Source: Ministeria vibrans ATCC 50519
Lineage: Eukaryota > Protista > Filasterea
Reading direction: 5' to 3'
Length of the DNA: 39,219 nt
NCBI GenBank assembly: GCA_943704425.1
Contig: CALSCP010001740.1
Span: 1 to 39,219, forward strand
Within the stretch, counting starts at the first letter, position 1. Each line of letters opens with the position of its first letter. The notes under the pieces are model-generated. The model saw only the letters and a program-made list of their open reading frames with translations. It searched no databases and was not told where the DNA came from. The translations under genes and the position numbers were made by a program. Of this stretch, positions 35,726-39,219 are shown piece after piece.

Positions 35726-36425
35726 TCATTCGCGGAGGTGCTCGTCGATGGGCGGATGGGTCGAGGACGACTTGGATTTGCGGCGCAGGGAGAGGCGGTT
35801 GCGTCGTGTTTTGTCTTGTGGGACGGGGGCCAACGTGTCGTTGGGATCGGTGTCGGGGGTGTCGGTGGAGGAGGACTTCTTCTTGGAGAGACGCCAGAAG
35901 CCATTGCGTTTGGGAGTGGACGGGGTGGTGGAGGTGGAGGGGAGAGAGAGCGAGTCGTGATGCCACATGTCCTCGTGTGTTTCAACGGACGGGTCGGCAT
36001 CGTGCAGATGATCGCTGTCAGGCACGACCGCGGGCATGTCGGCTGTGGAGAGGAAGCGCCGATGAGGAGGTGGCGCTTGGGCGTCCCCGCTGCGCACATC
36101 GTTCATCGATGTACACGACTTGGACTGCAGCTTCTTCTTGCGCGACAACAGTTTGCGCATGGACGAGCGGCTTTGGCTGGGAGCAATTGGCGGCGTCTGT
36201 GCCGCCCTCCTCGCGTGCTCTTCGCAGCGCGCACGGTTCTCCAGAATGAGATGGTACACATTGTGATGGATGTCAAACGTGTCGTTCTCGAGAGCCGTGA
36301 TAGCCTCGCCAACACTGAACCCAATGTCCGCCATCTCGTCCAGAACAGTCTCGTCAATACCCGCCACGCGCACATCTCGGATCGACGGACGGACATGTCG
36401 CAAGGGCGCATCATCGTATCCTGTA

Positions 36426-36501
<76 letters not shown>

Positions 36502-36584
36502 TGATAGAGAGGGAGAGAGAGAAACAAAGTGATTTGACAACATCCGTGAGTATGAGACATGAGTGTGTATGTGCATAGAGTGGA

Positions 36585-36619
<35 letters not shown>

Positions 36620-37168
36620 TGGCGTATTTGTGTCTTTGTTGTGTGTGTGTGTGTTTGTGGCGTATTTGTGTCTTTGTTGTGTGTGTGTGTGTCTTTGTGG
36701 CGTATTTGTGTCTTTGATATGTGTGTGCGTGTACCATGTGAGACCCAAGGGTGCAGGCGCACTTGGTCAAGATCGAATCGGTCGGAAGGATCCTTTTGAA
36801 GCATATTCTCAAGCAAGTCAATGCAATCTGTAAAGTAGCGAGAGGGTCAGGGGCATAGGGTGAGCCACTCCCTACAGTGATTACAATTATACCTTCAGAC
36901 ATGACGGTCGGAGGCAGTCGGGGCTCATTGGTTAGCACAGCGTCAAAGATCTCCTCCATACTGTTGCCGTCAAAGGGATAGCAGCTCATGAGCGACGAGT
37001 ACAACAGACAGCCCAAGCTCCAAATGTCAACCTATACAATAATAATAATAATAATAAAAATAAATATTATTATTATTATTATTATGGGTTGTATTCTTCT
37101 TCTTCTTCTTATTCGGTCTGGCTGTGTCTTCGCGTGGTGACTGTTTCATTAATAAATGGGTTGTATTC

Positions 37169-37235
<67 letters not shown>

Positions 37236-37321
37236 GGGTTGTATTCTTCTTCTTCTTCTTATTCGGTCTGGCTGTGTCTTCGCGTGGTGACTGTTTCATT
37301 AATAAATGGGTTGTATTCTTC

Positions 37322-37365
<44 letters not shown>

Positions 37366-38357
37366 GATTATCAATTGTGTCCGCTGGTGCCGCACACATA
37401 TGCATACAGGATACTGANNNNNNNNNNNNNNNNNNNNNNNNNNNNNNNNNNNNNNNNNNNNNNNNNNNNNNNNNNNNNNNNNNNNNNNNNNNNNNNNNNN
37501 NNNNNNNNNNNNNNNNNNNNNNNNNNNNNNNNNNNNNNNNNNNNNNNNNNNNNNNNNNNNNNNNNNNNNNNNNNNNNNNNNNNNNNNNNNNNNNNNNNNN
37601 NNNNNNNNNNNNNNNNNNNNNNNNNNNNNNNNNNNNNNNNNNNNNNNNNNNNNNNNNNNNNNNNNNNNNNNNNNNNNNNNNNNNNNNNNNNNNNNNNNNN
37701 NNNNNNNNNNNNNNNNNNNNNNNNNNNNNNNNNNNNGCGAGAAAACGAAAAAAAAAAAAAAAAACGAAAATGTGGGAATTGAAGAAGTTGCAAAGGAGGG
37801 GGTGCGGGAGGGCTTTGACGCACCTTATTGACTAAGATATTCTCGGGCTTCAGGTCCCGGTGGGTCACGTTGTGGCGGTGGATGTAGTTTAGCGCATCGA
37901 CAATCTGCCGAAACAGCGGCCGGAATTTCTTTTCGCTCATTGCCTTCCGCGAGATGACAAAGAACAGCTCGGTGCTCTCAAAGTACTCCATGATCAAGTA
38001 CACGACATCCTCGTGCTCGCGCAGCTCGTACAGGCGGACGATGGACGGGTGGTCCAGCAACGCAAGAAACGCCTGTAAGAGAGCACAAGAAGTCAGCGCA
38101 CACCGCCCGCCGGGCCGCAATGCGTACGATTTCGTGCCGGAGGTTCTTGTCAAACGACTGCGCAGTGGGGTCGCGATGAATGATCTTCACAGCCACCTGC
38201 GCTGCAGAGGTTAGCGCAAAGTAGGAGTTGACGCATTGACGCAACGCACCTTCTCCTTGCCTTCCCGCCGCTCCGCCAGGTACACCACACCACTAGCTCC
38301 CTTTCCCAAGGGTTTGATAAACACAAAATCGGACAGGTGCTCTTCGTGTGGCTCCAT
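35726..38357 (-). CDS. CAMK-group (AMPK/MARK-like) Ser/Thr kinase with UBA-like domain. The DFG-APE region is lost in the gap.
   Basis: LGKGASGVV, VAVKII, HPSIVRLYE, HRDLKPENIL, VDIWSLGC...PFDG and DPSDRF...HPW, followed by UBA-like IDETVLDEMADIGFS....AL...YHLIL and an S/T/K-rich tail. Confidence 0.9.
36585..36730. repeat. Intronic tandem repeat GTGGCGTATTTGTGTCTTTG-(TG)n, three copies
   Basis: Three copies are visible at about 36618, 36657 and 36697. Confidence 0.9.
37084..37360. repeat. 150-bp direct duplication interleaved with (ATT)n in a kinase intron
   Basis: atgggttgtattcttc...cggtctggctgtgtcttcgcgtggtgactgtttc...atgggttgtattctt occurs at 37084 and 37234. Confidence 0.9.
37418..37736. 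other. Assembly gap (N run) within the kinase gene
   Basis: Run of N. Confidence 1.
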
Positions 38358-39106
38358 TTCGTGAGTGGCAAAAATAGTGGTTCGCTTTTTTTTTGGGGCG
38401 TTGCAATTATCGGACACATATGCGCCCCACACGCTTTCAATTCGTTCCGGCGGGGCGCCATACACTGTAAATCATACAAAGAACACCTTTCAAGGTGATC
38501 GACGAAGGATCTGCAGCTTTTTGAGCTTGCCATTGTTTCAACATTGGGGGACAATGAAAGGAATTTGAAAATTCACACCACAGAGTTGCGCCGGAAACAG
38601 CCTACAAATGCGCCTTTGAGAGGCACTGTATTGACCATGCCTTGAAGTAGATTGCATTCCAAAGAAAAGCGGAGCGTGTCGAGCAATATCTTTAAACGTC
38701 GGAAGACTTCGCTTCTTTGTGCAGAGTTATCGAATCGTTTATTTTAACACACTAACCGCTCCTACAGCCGACCGGCCCCTCCCGTCACTCCCGTGCCGGG
38801 CTACAAAGGCGCACATCAGTCCCCCACTCACTCTCCACACAGCTGGACGCCGACCCACACGCACTCCACACTCCTTCGAACATCGACACCTTCTTCACAC
38901 CCGTTCTGAGAGCCCCGACAACTTCAGTGGCCAGGATATATGGAGGTTGTATGCTGTATTATGCATTGTGTATTATTCCATAAACGGGCTGTATCGATTC
39001 TAGTCAAGGATAACCGCTCTGTCCATCCACCTCCTCCTTCGTCCAACACACTTTCCCTGTTGAGCACTCCAACAATCAACGTCATAATAAAAACCAATTC
39101 AATTTA

Positions 39107-39219
39107 TGTATTTACACACCACTGCCATCGCGAAAGAACAGAATGTCGCCTTCGTTGCGCGTTTCGTCCCACTCGCTCCAAATGCGCCCCACAAGCAGCC
39201 CTTGCCAGTTGTTCTTCAT
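39107..39219 (-). repeat. Right copy of the 113-bp perfect inverted repeat
   Basis: Exact reverse complement of bases 1-113. Confidence 0.97.

Noticed and set aside
38560-39100. Short ORFs upstream of the kinase (38719-39003 on +, and a 53-aa ORF on -)
   Set aside because: They have no recognisable motifs or supportable exon structure.

Overview
A gene-dense, intron-rich eukaryotic scaffold from an unidentified, probably flagellated protist (IFT122 is present). It uses the standard code, GT-AG introns with many GTAC donors, and microsatellite-filled introns, and it has three N gaps. I reconstructed 15 spliced genes by eye: sphingolipid delta-4 desaturase, TIP41, SMARCAL1, TECR, a DUF2419/queuosine-salvage-family protein, a multi-CUE/DUF1771/Smr protein, IFT122, UBC13, NUDT1, type I L-asparaginase, TFIIIC subunit 3, Rap1, S-adenosylmethionine decarboxylase (AdoMetDC), BORCS6 and an AMPK/MARK-family kinase. 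The top finding is an AUG-less upstream ORF in the AdoMetDC leader ending YREQLDVNCEREWEPS-stop. It closely resembles the polyamine-sensing uCC of ODC/AZIN1 mRNAs but sits on a different polyamine-pathway gene and has REW in place of PPW. Other notable features are a perfect 113-bp inverted repeat at the two window ends, an Smr nuclease with about 11-12 CUE-like domains, a dispersed ~25-bp unit tied to (GA)n tracts, and a 27-bp periodic array downstream of AdoMetDC. No database searches were run. Identities come from recalled motifs and exon boundaries are manual.
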